A stretch of 61,615 nt of DNA, filler included, from Jimgerdemannia flammicorona (taxonomy: Eukaryota): the NCBI GenBank assembly GCA_003990765.1. It is 3 parts of 3 records of this genome, joined end to end, with 100 filler letters (N's around TTAATTAATTAA, not from the genome) between each part and the next. Parts side by side here need not be neighbours in the genome. Positions count along the whole stretch, not along the records: positions 20,577 to 41,048 come from RBNJ01001673.1; positions 41,149 to 61,615 come from RBNJ01001674.1; 1 more part is not named here. One strand, written 5' to 3'. The position numbers were made by a program, and so were the translations under genes. The notes beneath the pieces were generated by a model that searched no databases, was not told the DNA's origin, and saw only the letters and a list, made by a program, of their open reading frames with translations. How positions within the stretch are numbered: the stretch's first letter is position 1; the number at the start of each line of letters is the position of its first letter. Positions 39,782 through 52,292 of the stretch are shown here, in pieces.

Positions 39782-41048
39782 TGTAATGTGCTGGCTCAAT
39801 GGAGGCAAATTACAAGGTTGGGGGTTGATGTAGTTTGGCTTGAGCCCCCAGTTACTTTGTTAAAAGCAACAAAATGTTCTTGGTATTTAGCGGTATAATA
39901 GTCAAGATTTGGATACTGTGCGAGTGGTTTCCTTTTTGGGACAGGTTCTTGGGTGTAGCGGCGATTTGTGTGTGAATGGACTTCCTTCTTAGGTCAACTG
40001 GGAATGGCAGAATTTGTGTAGCGCGATGATCTCCAAAAGTATGCGATTTCTGGGTGTGACGGTCTGGCAATTTAGCGGTTCTCCTTCTTGGGTGACGATC
40101 TCTGATTTCTGCATGACGATCTTGTATAGCGCAATGATCTCCGTGTAGCGCAGCAGGTTCCTTATGCGGATGTTCTGATAATTTGGTGGATAACTCGATT
40201 TGGCTTACTGGGAATCATATGGTATGGATTCTTCTATAGCAGGCTCACTGGGAACAATGGATAACTCGGATGGTGTGGATTCTTCCTGAATCGGCTTCAA
40301 CTGGGAATACTATTCAGATGACGAAGATTCTTCCTGAATCGGCGGGCTTCTAACTGGGAAACGGCGGTGAAGTTCTTTCTTGAACTTGGGCGGCAAACTT
40401 CAGGCTTATCTGGCAAGCAAACCAATAGTTCCAAAGGCGACAAAGTTCTTCCTCAAACTTGGCGGCAAATCTTCAAGCTTTGTATCAGAAAGTGGACCGG
40501 AGTGGAAGAGAAGAGAACCAAGCTCACAACTTCTTGGCAGTGGCTCGTTGGCAGACATATCTCCTAAGTGTTGCAATCCTTCCTGGATCAAGTGGCTTTT
40601 GGCAGGCGTTTCTCCTAAGTGTACCAGACAATTGACTTTTGCTTTGGTTTGTATTCAACTTTCGGACTGAGGTTTTTATTCACTCTCGCCTCTGGGGTAA
40701 TTTATACAAGTTGGTTGCTATCTGGTTACTATCTGGCTAACTATAGATCTGCTACTTATGGCAGGTGTACAGAGTCTGTATGGTGTACAGGACCTGTACA
40801 GTGTACAGAGTCTGTATGGTGTACAGAGTCTGTATAGGTAAACAGACCCTTTCTGGTATGTCTGGCTATTTATACAGTTTTACACAGCAAGAGTTGCTGG
40901 TTACTAAGCTGAGTGTTCACGTCATCTTGTTCGCATCATCTGGTTAAGATATGATTCGGGTGGTATGTCTTGGCTTGTCACATCAGCCCCCACTGAAGAG
41001 TAGTCTGTCTCAGACTATTCTTCAGTCATCATCCCAATAAGCATAGGC
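39782..41048 (-). mobile_element. 3' LTR (39782-40982), PPT and last internal bases of a Ty3/gypsy-type element, lightly mutated copy
   Basis: Minus strand GTGGGGGCTGA then TGTGACA...ATTACA. Homolog of 700-2136 with many CpGs retained. Confidence 0.85.
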
Positions 41049-41148
41049 NNNNNNNNNNNNNNNNNNNNNNNNNNNNNNNNNNNNNNNNNNNNTTAATTAA
41101 TTAANNNNNNNNNNNNNNNNNNNNNNNNNNNNNNNNNNNNNNNNNNNN
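41049..41148. other. Assembly spacer (N44-TTAATTAATTAA-N44)
   Basis: Same linker as the first gap. Confidence 0.95.
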
Positions 41149-41159
41149 AAAAAAAAAAA

Positions 41160-41505
41160 ATGGTGCTTTTACATTACAATAAATAGCTGATGCATTTTCA
41201 GTTATATTCTTTATTTGTCTCTCTTATATATATCTTTTTATATGTCTTCTATCTACTTTAACTCTAACTCTGGATTCACTCCCATAGCTCCTATTGAGTC
41301 TTCATCCTTCTCAGCTCAAAGAGTATTCTCTCATATCTTATTTTCACTCTATATACTATTAATCAAATATACTAGGGCCACTCTGCCCAGCATACTCCTC
41401 AGAACTCCAAATCAATAATATTTTTTAAGACTTTTCTTTAAAAAACTATACAAAATATATTGAATAGTATTTATATAATATAAACTATACTGAAAAAGGT
41501 TAAAA
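41160..41505 (-). mobile_element. 5' end of a further LINE copy, very mutated
   Basis: SSEEYAGQSGPSIFD** parallels SSDGHTGSGGAGAFGWQQ. UTR TTATATAATATAAACTATACTGAAAAAGG parallels TTGTGTAACGCGAATTGTACTAGAGAAAGG. Confidence 0.55.
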
Positions 41506-42930
41506 GAGTCTTACTCTCATCATTATATCAGTATAAGCTAATATAATAAGTACTCTTCACCACTCTCTACCAGAATCTCAGTTCTGTAAATACATATCTA
41601 TCTACTATTCTCCAATTCAACCATAGATAGCAGATCACCAGAAGAATCTCTAGAGAAGAACCTCCTCTCAGACCCTCTACATTAATAGCACCTATTTACC
41701 ACTCTACAACTCAATAGCCCTCTTCAATAATCAGACTTTAAGACTGTATAACCTCTTCAGAAAGTCTACTAGACTAATTTCTCCTCTGCTCACTAGAGTT
41801 GCCAAGATCTCTCAACTTATCTGACTTCTTCTTCTAACTCAAATCCAATCCTTTACTATCTTCAATAACCTCTTCACTACTCATACAGAGAAATCCAGAT
41901 AGTATGTCAGATACCAGAGCTTAGGCAGTATTATACTAATATAGACTAATATAATAAGTATCATTTATCACTCTCTACTAATAGCAGTTATTGATATACT
42001 TTATATATATAGTAAATTTGATTCTTATAAGGATAGATTTCTTAAGAGATATATTTATTAATAATCTTTTTATATTAGTCTTCTTTACTAATTTTCTTCT
42101 TTTTTTAAGTAATTACTATATAGATTTCTTTTTATTTACTAACTTCTTTCTCTATCTCAAAAAGTATTCTTTTGTCAATATTGATTAAAATTTATATCTT
42201 CTAGATATTTATATCAATTATTATACTAATCTTATAAAGTCATTAATTGCTAATAAGAATGTTATAGTTAATTATATTGGTTATAATTATATTTACTGGG
42301 ATTGTTATTCTTTCAAACTTGATAAAAATATTTCAGATTTTTTCTAAAAATATAGTTCTTATATTATCAATTATAATAAATATTAGCTTTATAGCTTTTT
42401 TAATTTTTTAATCTAGGTGGTCTACTGTTTTCTTACTAAAAAGATATCTTTTAACTCTTATATCAATAATAGCTTTAAAGATCTGATCTTTAATTTAGTA
42501 AATATATAATATAGATAGAGAACTTATAATTATCTTTACTCTTTTTATTAGAGTTTTTTTAAATATTATTAGCTTTTACTATCTTTTAGTCTTAATTCTT
42601 AACTATTTTAGATAGTTTATATCTTATTTATTATCTATTATTTAAAAGTTATATTGACTTTTTATTAATTAAAAATTTTAAAGATATTATACTTAAAGGT
42701 CTTACTCTTATATAACTTTTTTTTTTTTTTTTTTACTTTTTTACTAATAGAAGTAGTATTTTGAATAATATTTTTAACTTCTTATTTAAGTTTTAATTTT
42801 CTTAGATCTATTTTTGTTTTTTATAGATAATTAATCTGAAAAATATAGTAAATTTCTTTATCTTGTCTTTTTAGTCTTTTTGACTCCTCAGAGTTCTTAG
42901 TAAAGTATAGAAATAAGTTCAAAGATATAT

Positions 42931-45900
42931 TTATTTTTATTTTTATTTTTTTTTTTTTTATAGTCCCTTGGACTGTCCTTTATTACTGCCATCTATAATT
43001 CTAATAATACAATGTCAACCCAAACTCTCAACTAATGCCCCATGGACCCAACCCTCCCCCCTCGACCTCCTCCTGCCCAAGTACAACCTAACCACCCACT
43101 ATCTGAATCCTCCCACCACTCTTCTGGAAGATACATTGTACCAAACTCCTGTGATTCTCCCCACCCGGCCCCCACCCTTGCCACCAGCTATTCAAAATGT
43201 CCAATAATAACCATTCCCAACATGCCACCTTGTCCCCAACCCCAACCCACTGTCCCTTCTCAAATACATGAACCCAATGCCCAGTCAACCCAACCTATAT
43301 GGCCAGAGCCCAACCAAGGGTCAGCCATTTGTCCCCAACCCCACCCACCAGTCTCTGGTGGAGCTCTCCCCATCTCCCCCCTTCCCCTCTCTCCAAGGCA
43401 TACAACTCTAACCAGTCCATGATATATGTATCTCCAAAACTCCTCCAAAACCTCGCACTTGCCAAGCCAATATTCAGGTGTTTGTACCACTTCTCCCTTC
43501 TGACCAATGTTGAAACATTCCTCACACTTGAATACTCCACCATCTACCAAGTATCCAGACTGATAGTTCAATATCATATTCCACCATAGAACTCACCACT
43601 ACACCACCCAGAACTTGAGGGATAGCCACTGCCTCACCCATTTGCTCCAAAGCTAGAGTCTATTCCAATCCCACTCCTCACCAATTCCAACCCTCTGCCA
43701 GACTTTGGGCCACAGGTCTCCACCCAAGCCCTGCAGATACTCTATATCCTCGCTAAGCTAAAAATCCTCCACTGGAACACTACTCAGTAGAAGCCTGTCC
43801 CACCACCACATCTGTAGTCCCCAATCCTCCTTAGCTTCATCACCTCGCTACTGAAGTCTAATCTTCTTAGTGCCATCTATCACTCTCTACCAAAAGCCTG
43901 TAAACTGCATCCTCCTGCTCCCATCCATGTTCACCATCGCAAGCAGGTCACCAGAGTCACCACAAGGGGAATACCAAACCTCCCACACCCTTTATATAAG
44001 TGGTACCCACTCCTGGCCCCTTAGCTCACTCGCCCTCCTCAACCACCAAGCTCTCAAGCAGTGAAGCCACTTAGTAAAGTCAACTAAACCCAGCCCACCT
44101 CTTTCCATGGACAGTGTGAGCACCTTCCAACCCACCTGGCTTCGCCACCCTCTCCAGATCCATGACCTTGCCATCTTCAACAGCCCCCTGACCACCCAAG
44201 TTAGGAAATCCAAATAATACCCTATATACCATAGCTTTGGTATCCAATATACATTCAGCACCATCACCCTTCTGGCTAGAGATATATACTGACCTCTCCA
44301 TCACAGCAGAACATTTCCCCACTCCAGAAGTTGTTGGTTCCACCATATACAGAGAAGAAGAGATCTGAATACTGAGAAGTAGATTCCCAAATACCACACT
44401 GGTTCACCAGCCAGTACCACTGTCCCAATTACATTGCCTCCAACAATTCCAGCACCCAGCACCAGAGTCTCACATTTGTGCCAGTTTAGTTTAGCACCAG
44501 AACCCCTCTCATACCATTCTACAGACCTCTGTAACTCTCTCATATCTATCAAGAAGTCCAGCCCAATCACCATATCATCAGCAAAGGCCCCCACCTTCCA
44601 ATTAATTCCTAAAATATCCAAACTCCCAATCTGATGCTGAATCCTATCCAGTAGGGGCTCCAAGGAGAGGGCATATAATATGGGTGATAAGGGGTCCTCT
44701 TGTGGCACCCCACACCCCAGGGGAAAGATCACCCCCCTGTGGCCATTGATGATCAACACTGCCTGACTGTCCTCCAAGAGGCCAATCAATGATCCTTGAA
44801 ACTCTGGGGGGATCCCAATCCATTTCAGCACTCCCTCTAGGCAGATCCTCCACACTCTATCATAAGCCTTCTCTTAATCCAGAAATACCAACTAGCCATC
44901 TACCCCTGTAGCCTGGGCACTTTCAATCACTCCATGTACCCAAGCTGTCCAATCACAAATCAACTGGCCACCAACAAACCCACACTGCTTTACATCAAGC
45001 ACCTGCTGAGCAATTTCTTGCAGCCTCATCACCAAGATCTTTGTCACCAGTTTGCAGTCCATGTTGAGTAGCATGATTGGCCGCCAGTTCTTCCAATCTT
45101 CCCACCTCCCCTTATTCTTGTAGAGCAAGGAGACTAGCCCTAGGTGCTGGCCCCCAATGACTGAAGAACCTCATCACACATAGTGGTCATTTCCTTTAGC
45201 ACCTTGCCCACCCCAGCCATCTTCTTTCAAAAATCCCAGGGAAGGCCATCCTCCTCTAGAGCCATCCCCTTACTCATCGAGGCCACAACCTTGCAAATTT
45301 CCTCTCCACTCACTGGGTCCCCCAAAGCCCCTAGGCCCATTGCAGGGTTCGGGTGCCAATCCCCCAGCTGTCTTTCAATGTCCAAAGCATCCACTCCTCC
45401 TTCCTCCTCACTCTATAGATTCTCTCAACAGGTTCTCAGTATACCCAGAATCACTGGAGTCCCTACCACTAGCTTATCATTCATATCCAGAACTCTCTCC
45501 CACTGCTGCTTCATTCATCATGCTTGTAACAACTGCATCAAAAACTTAGTAGACCTCTCCCCCTCCTCAAGCTCCTGCCACTACAGTCAGGCTACTATCC
45601 CCTGCAGCCTCACCTCCTCCTCTCTTTGTAAAACTCCTTTAAGCTCCTTCACCTCCTTTCGGATTCTCACAATATGCCAATCAGTCACCTCCCCATCTTC
45701 TAGCACACCTGCCCATCTCCCCATGAGTGCTGCCAGATGCCACAAGGCCCACATCACCCACTGCTATTGCTGGGCACACCTCTCTTTCCCTGCTTCCCTC
45801 CAATACCCCTGAGCATTCGCCTTCAGTCTCCTCTAGTGGTCCCCAATCCCCAGGCCCCATTCCCACTACCTTCTGATATTCCTGACAACCTCTGTTTCCT

Positions 45901-48684
45901 AACTCTCTCATAAAGCCCTATCCTCTAATAAGGAAGAATTTAGCTGCCAATGTCCAGGTCTATCCTCACTTCCCCCAAACCTCCCCCCTCCAAGCAGCCC
46001 CCAGTGATCAGACTACAGACACCAAACTACCTCCAGCACCATCCAGACATCTGCTCCCCAACACTCTGCTGTCAAAACCCAGTCAATTCTGGAGCCCAGC
46101 CCTGCTGTCCAGTGGGTGTACACCCACCAATTGTCCCAAAACTGTCTTCCTGAGTCCACTAAAGAACTCAACCTCTCTATCTTCAACCAGTCACCCAACC
46201 CACCACTCTCACTCCACATGCCTCTCCCTCTATCTGTTCTATCCATCTCCTTATCCCATACTATGTTGAAATCACCCCCCATGCAGTCCAACCCAGTCTC
46301 TCCCAAGACACTGGCCTCTTTCAACCTGTGAATCCAATCCACCCTCTCCCCTCTCTCAGCTGAGCAGTAACAAGACCCAACTGTCAATAAGTCCCATCCA
46401 GGCCTCTTCCATACTCCCCACACCACCCAAGACCCCCAATGTCCAATGTCCCCAATGTCCCCCATCTCTTTTCGAATGAGAATACCCACTTTCCCCCTCC
46501 ATATCACTGCCCCCCCCCCTATTCCTTAGTCCAATCCTGTAAATCTACATCTGCCTCATAACAAATATCCTGTAACAAGAAGAGGTCTGCATCCAGTCTC
46601 TTAAGCCATCCAAATATATACTTTCTCCTAGCTGCCCCCCATAACTCATTTACATTCAAAGAGAATATCTTAGTTGTACTGTTTATATTGAAAGAATGTT
46701 GCAATAGAGACCCCAGCCTAGTATTCCATATTCATCTCATCCCCAGCCAGATCCAAGTGCCATTTAGCTTCCAAGTCACTCTCTGCATTAGTCTGAGCAT
46801 CCAGTGCCTCCAAGATTTCCTGATATTCCACCCCATCCACTACCTCTATCTCCGACCAGTAGTCCATACAGACTGCATATCACTTTTCCAGTCCCTTCCT
46901 TGAGTTCCACAAGTATAATGTCCTATTACTTGCAATCCTCCTAAGTTCCTCTTCTCTCTGATCATTGACTTGATATTCAACTGACTCCAGGAGAACAGCC
47001 AGGATCTCATTCCTCATCTTCCTCAGCACCTCCTCCCCCTATAGGATTTCCTCCCAATACCTCTCTTCTATAACCCTGAAATCCTCTCCCCCCAGCTCTT
47101 CTGCCACTACCCCTTCCAGGGTCTTCCACATCTACTTCTCCTTATTCACTGCCTCCACCACACTCTACATGATTTGCCCCCCATCTATCTTAGGGTCCAC
47201 CAGTGTACTTCTCCTCACTGACTCATCCCACTCCTTATCTGGCACATCCAGCAGCTCCTCCTCCCCCTCAGCTCTACCTGGGACACTATACTGAGGGTGT
47301 ACACCTTTGCTCATTTCCACATCTGCCTCCATATTGCCTTCTCTCTCCTCCTCCACTCTAATCTGAGCCCCATCCCAGGCCCTTTTGCCCCCCTCAGCCC
47401 AGGTACTCTCCTGCAATCCCACAACCCCCCTCTTCTGAGCTTCCACTAGCTCTACTCCCATCCAACTTCACCAGCAGCTTCTTCTGGATTTTCCTCTCCT
47501 GCATCTTCTCCCAGGCCCCCCTCTCCATCTGGACCCACTACCATCCTGGTCTCAAACTCCTTCCAGGCCAATTTCCTCCTCGCAACTGCCCCTTTCAGAT
47601 CCTCCAGAGCCTCCAATAGGTCTTTCTCCTCCTCCTGGGTCCCCTTCACCCTCGTGGCCTTGCACTCTACTGGTCCCCACCTCAGCATCACTGGTCAGTT
47701 CCTTGACTTCTCTATATTCTCCTTTCCAGCCAGCCTCATCCTGACATTGACATCACCAGTCCGAAGCTCTGTACCCTCCCAGACCTTAAACCCAACATCC
47801 ACAATCTCTCCATACTCCTTGATCGTCTCTACAACCAACTCTCTGGTCCTCTTTTTTGACACCATAGGGAGATCCAATACCATCAACTGTACCACTCAGG
47901 GGTCCCAGCACATATATCTGGCCATAGGGACTACAACTCCACTAACTGTCACCCCCTTCTTCAAGGCTGCCAGCAAGGTATCTTCCTCCTCAAACTCCAC
48001 CTTGACCCCTTCCTTCCCCTTCAAAAACTTCACCAATGCTGCTCCCTTTGCCTTCTGTACCACCAGCCTCAAAATCATCCTTGCCATCACTGCCAAGCCC
48101 TGGAAACACATTGTGACTATGAATTCTGACCTCAACTTCTTGAGTAATGGGGCCAATACTATATCCATCACTCTATCTGTCAGGTCCCTGGGCCTCATGC
48201 CCACTCTTTATCCCAAATCGTCAATTACCATCATATCTGGATTTTTTGCCAGATCCCCAGTCACAGCCCCATCAACAGTCATATCTCCAGCCCCTACTCC
48301 TGCTCCTCCCCTACTATTTGAAACTCCCCTGGACACACCTCCCTGTCCCCCAGCAGCAGCTGTTGACGCCTTCCCTAGGCCCAGCCAACTATCTAGACCA
48401 GAGGCCATCTTCTCCATTCTGACCTTGTCAGCAAAGGTTGACCTCTCCCCTTCTCTCCGCCTCAGACCACCCCTCTCTCCACCACTAGGGCCTTGGCTAG
48501 CCATCGAGGCCCCTGGCATCCCCAAACCATCTCTCCTTCTCCCCACCTACTGCCAGCCAAAGGTACTGCCACCCCCCTGGCCAGTATACTCACTAGTTCA
48601 ATTGTTGCCATCTATGTCAATAGTCATCAGACACCAAAAACATAGTAAAAAGTGTTGTCTGAGTCTTGTATCACCTGAATGATA
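42931..48684 (-). mobile_element. Full-length L1/Tx1-clade LINE (about 5.75 kb), inactivated
   Basis: Poly-A tail 42931-42959. TSD core AAAGATATAT at 42921 and 48687. APE (KIFSLNVN, LFLLQD, GGDFN, SRIDW), RT (NWRPIMLLN, FLD*EKAYD, GVPQEDPLSP, AFADD) and Gly-rich ORF1. Confidence 0.92.
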
Positions 48685-51199
48685 TTAAAGATATATCTAT
48701 CTGTTAGCTTACTAGTTCTTTACTTTTAAACTATTTTAATTTGAGATTTATTTACTTTAAATATTGAGTTATTTATATAAATTTACTATTTATATAGTAA
48801 CTAAGTTATAACTTCTTTTTTTATAGTAAGTTATTTTATAATATATATATATATATATTTATAATTTTTAGTTTTTTATATAAGTACAAAATTTCTTTAT
48901 ATTATATAAATTAAGTACTAATTATATATATATACTACATATATACTATATTTGAAATTAGATTTAAATATTGTGATCAAATGTCTATCTCTTAATTCTT
49001 ATTTCTAATTCAGATTATATATATGTTATAATATATATTAAGATATTTATATAAACTTCAATTTTATTTTTATTTTTATTTTATTTTATAGCTAAATTAA
49101 TATCTCAGTTATAAGAATTATATAGAAATATGAAAAATAAAATAAAATAAAATAAAAATTAAAATTCTAACTTTATAAAATTATACTAAGTAAATTGTTC
49201 TATAGAGCTTATTTATTTATTTATTTTTTATATCTTTAAAGTTTATTAAAATTTATTAAGATTCATAGACTTACCATTTTATGACAAGCTGTAGATATTG
49301 TAAAGTTACTTGATAATAATAATAATATTTGCAAATTTCAAGTATCAGATTTTTAATATCACCCATATATTTAAACTGGAAGTATTTTCTGATTTTCATG
49401 TTCCTAAACTATTTTGAACTAGAACCACGTTAAACATTCAGATATGCATCAAATAAATGTTATTTATTTATTATTTATTATCTTCCTGATTACGACTGCA
49501 TTTGAGTCAGTCTTTCTTCGATAATGTGATCTGAGCCTGCAGACCATAAAGTAACATAATTGTGCATAAGATCGGAAACTTGAAATTGCGCAGTGAACCG
49601 CATGTTTCTGTATCCTCCAATCATCTTGCTTCCGCGGCGAATCTGTCAACCAAGGGGGGGACACGCGAACAATATTATTTGGGGAAAAAGATTACCCGTC
49701 ATATAACTGGGTATCACGCTGTTCGTTATCAACTTCCTTGTTAGAGAGAGATATTCGGATGTTCGTTCTAAGGATACTGGGACCCTTGAATGGTAAAGAT
49801 ATTCCTCTGAAACGGGAAAGTGTAACAAATAATTTGTTTCTTCTGAATTGCACAAGCATTTGTAGGAAAATGTCTTTCATAATTGGAAAACGAGATTGCA
49901 AACTTTACTATCGCGAGGTATACAGAAACGAGCAATTTTAGCGATGTTTGTGTAACACTGGAACGGCTTATCGCTGGCATCTTCCACGCCACGCCACCGT
50001 TATCGATGGGAATAACTGCGGAATGAATCCAGCAGGGGATTGGGAATAGTGATTTTATTGTCAGAAACGAGTGCTTTTGAGAATGTCTTGGCAGGCATTC
50101 ATTCTTCGTTAAGATAAGAACGTGGGAGGGGGAGAAAGGTTCTTGCTAGAACAAAGTAAATGGGAATCCTCATTCTGTCAATTAATATCGATGTTCTATA
50201 GATGAGATATCTAGTCACTGACGTTTCGGATGCCATTTGAACATGTATATTTTTCAAGCTTCGTTGCTTGTCCATGAGACCAATACTGCTAGAATCCACC
50301 ATGTTTATTTAGTACCCGGGTGCCCTGTCTTGTGTTTTCTAATCGTTGCCGTCCATGAAACCAATGCTGCTGGTACGCACCATTGAAGCTCAACCGCACC
50401 ATTATTGGAGATGGCGCAGCAATTAATGCGCCGCTGACTTAGGGCTGTTCTCATCGGGATGGTCTCGTGTTCGCCGCGTGTCTGAGGTAATTCAAAATAT
50501 TCGCTCTTAATATGGTCAAATAATCACATGCATTTACCACATGCCCAACTCTTTTTTGACATTCTAATTATGATCATCATATAGATAAGATGGATCCTAA
50601 TGGAATGTCAATCTCCGGGGTGAGCAGGGGTAGGTACAAACAAATTCGGCTGACCTATATTAAAAAATATAACACGTTGCAGTTGACGCCATAAAACATG
50701 TCCTAAAACCGCGTCATTTTTCGTAATATAGTATCTTCCAACACAACACAACCAATGCCGCGAGCAATGTGTGTATAGAATTTCAATTGATTTTATATCC
50801 CCTACGAAGCGGTGGGTGGACAGTACCCTCAATCATTTCGCATGGCACATGGCCAACATCTGAACATCTGACCACTTGCAGTTCTGTTGAGGCAATCGGG
50901 TGGCGGCGGTAACCGCAATCGGGTGGCAGCGGTAACCGTTCCCGCGAGTTCTGTTGAGGCAATCAGTAATCGTTCCCGCTCCTATCTGCGGTCCCCGACC
51001 CGACACTAATGTGTCGGCCTCTACCGAATTCGAATATTCGAATTGGATAAAAAGGGAGCAGATAGAACGAATGCCGGTGGGTCACCCATCTTCCTTTTAT
51101 TCACCGACTGCCTTCGATCCACCATAGCGCCTTATCCCTACTATTGAATAACCCTCCCATACCTTCCACCCACCCATTTCTTATATATATATATATATA

Positions 51200-51300
51200 T
51201 ATTTTTTTATCCCTATCACTATTTTTTTTATCCCCTATCACTATTTTTTTTTATCCCCTATCACCATTTTTTTTATCCCCTATCACTATTTTCTTACCCT
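51200..51300. repeat. Short tandem repeat TTTTTTATCCCCTATCACTA x4
   Basis: Directly visible. Confidence 0.8.
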
Positions 51301-51410
51301 ATCGCCCGCGACAATTATCAGCCTCTAAAGATCCCTTAAAAGTAGGCAGACCACGCGTATCAAGTATCAATATTCCCAAACTTCCTTTGCTCTCCCTCGT
51401 ACAAGGATTC

Positions 51411-52292
51411 ATGGTACCAATGCGTCAAAGAGACTTGAGCAATGATGAATGGGAAAATCTTATAAACTTTTCCTCGCCCCCAGCCCCGCCAGTCTACCAA
51501 CCTACCTCGCCTCAAGATGATCCGTCGGATGACAGAGAATCGTACATGGCGATCGTTGACAACGTCATCATTAACCTATTTCCAGAGGTCTTCGTCGGGA
51601 ATCAATACACCGCTCCGCTTTACGGAGATCCATCCCACCATGCGATTGTACGTCTGTTGCACAACTCCGTCATCGTCATCGTTATGTGTAGTGAAGAGAA
51701 CGACCCTCCTCCGTACAGTTTGTCACCGGACTTGCTCCCCGACCCCGACGATCCGCCCCCTTCCTACTCGGTGACCGACCCGCTGGATACCTACAATCCA
51801 GAAAATGTCGAGAGTTTTTTGGCGTGGTTGACGTATGAGTTCCCGATCGACGGCAGAGAGCCCATCATCAGCGCCATCACCGACCAAGACGAGCTCCAAG
51901 AGAATTGGGACACAGGGTCCGAAGACGAGAACACCACCGACCTCCAGCTGTTTGGCTCTGGGTTCTTCGTCATGGAACAAGGCGACCTCCCAAGCTTCAC
52001 AGAAACCGATCGCTTGCACGACCTTCAGGTGCCGAACGGATGCCCTGTCCTCGCTGCGGCATACAAATATAATATTGGAACACCCTTCTTGGCGCTCGTT
52101 TTGATCCTCCTCGTCATCTCCGTGACATATCTCTGCGCGGTCGCCATGGTTAGAACACACTCTCTGCTTTCACATTTTCCCATTTGCCTTTTCTCTGTGT
52201 TTCGTTTACCTTGGGTTTTCGTTCGTTGTGCTCTCTCTTCCCTTCTCATCTTCGGGGCTTTGCTTTCTTTCTGCTCTACTATGTTTGAATAA
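51411..52292 (+). CDS. Hypothetical acidic Pro-rich membrane protein with PPxY motifs
   Basis: Long open frame with coding-like codon use from ATG 51411. PPVY, PPPY and PPSY motifs, hydrophobic helix FLALVLILLVISVTYLCAVAM. The 3' end may be spliced. Confidence 0.6.
   Translation: MVPMRQRDLSNDEWENLINFSSPPAPPVYQPTSPQDDPSDDRESYMAIVDNVIINLFPEVFVGNQYTAPLYGDPSHHAIVRLLHNSVIVIVMCSEENDPPPYSLSPDLLPDPDDPPPSYSVTDPLDTYNPENVESFLAWLTYEFPIDGREPIISAITDQDELQENWDTGSEDENTTDLQLFGSGFFVMEQGDLPSFTETDRLHDLQVPNGCPVLAAAYKYNIGTPFLALVLILLVISVTYLCAVAMVRTHSLLSHFPICLFSVFRLPWVFVRCALSSLLIFGALLSFCSTMFE

Noticed and set aside
774..40982. Two inverted LTR copies as the ends of one giant 40-kb element
   Set aside because: Each has its own PPT and ORF tail, they differ greatly in mutation load, and an assembly gap separates them.
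47654..48682. 342-aa plus-strand ORF
   Set aside because: Antisense shadow of the purine-rich LINE ORF1; the C-rich strand simply lacks stops.
30841..48684. Alternative genetic code or readthrough explaining stops in TE ORFs
   Set aside because: Stops of all three types sit at Trp, Gln and Arg positions as expected from C>T/G>A mutation, and host genes use the standard code.
49450..50300. Minus-strand gene remnant
   Set aside because: Short frames with many stops and no recognisable motif.
51144..51410. Hydrophobic N-terminal extension of the PPxY ORF
   Set aside because: TTG start and translation of (TA)n and T-rich tandem repeats; likely UTR or intron.
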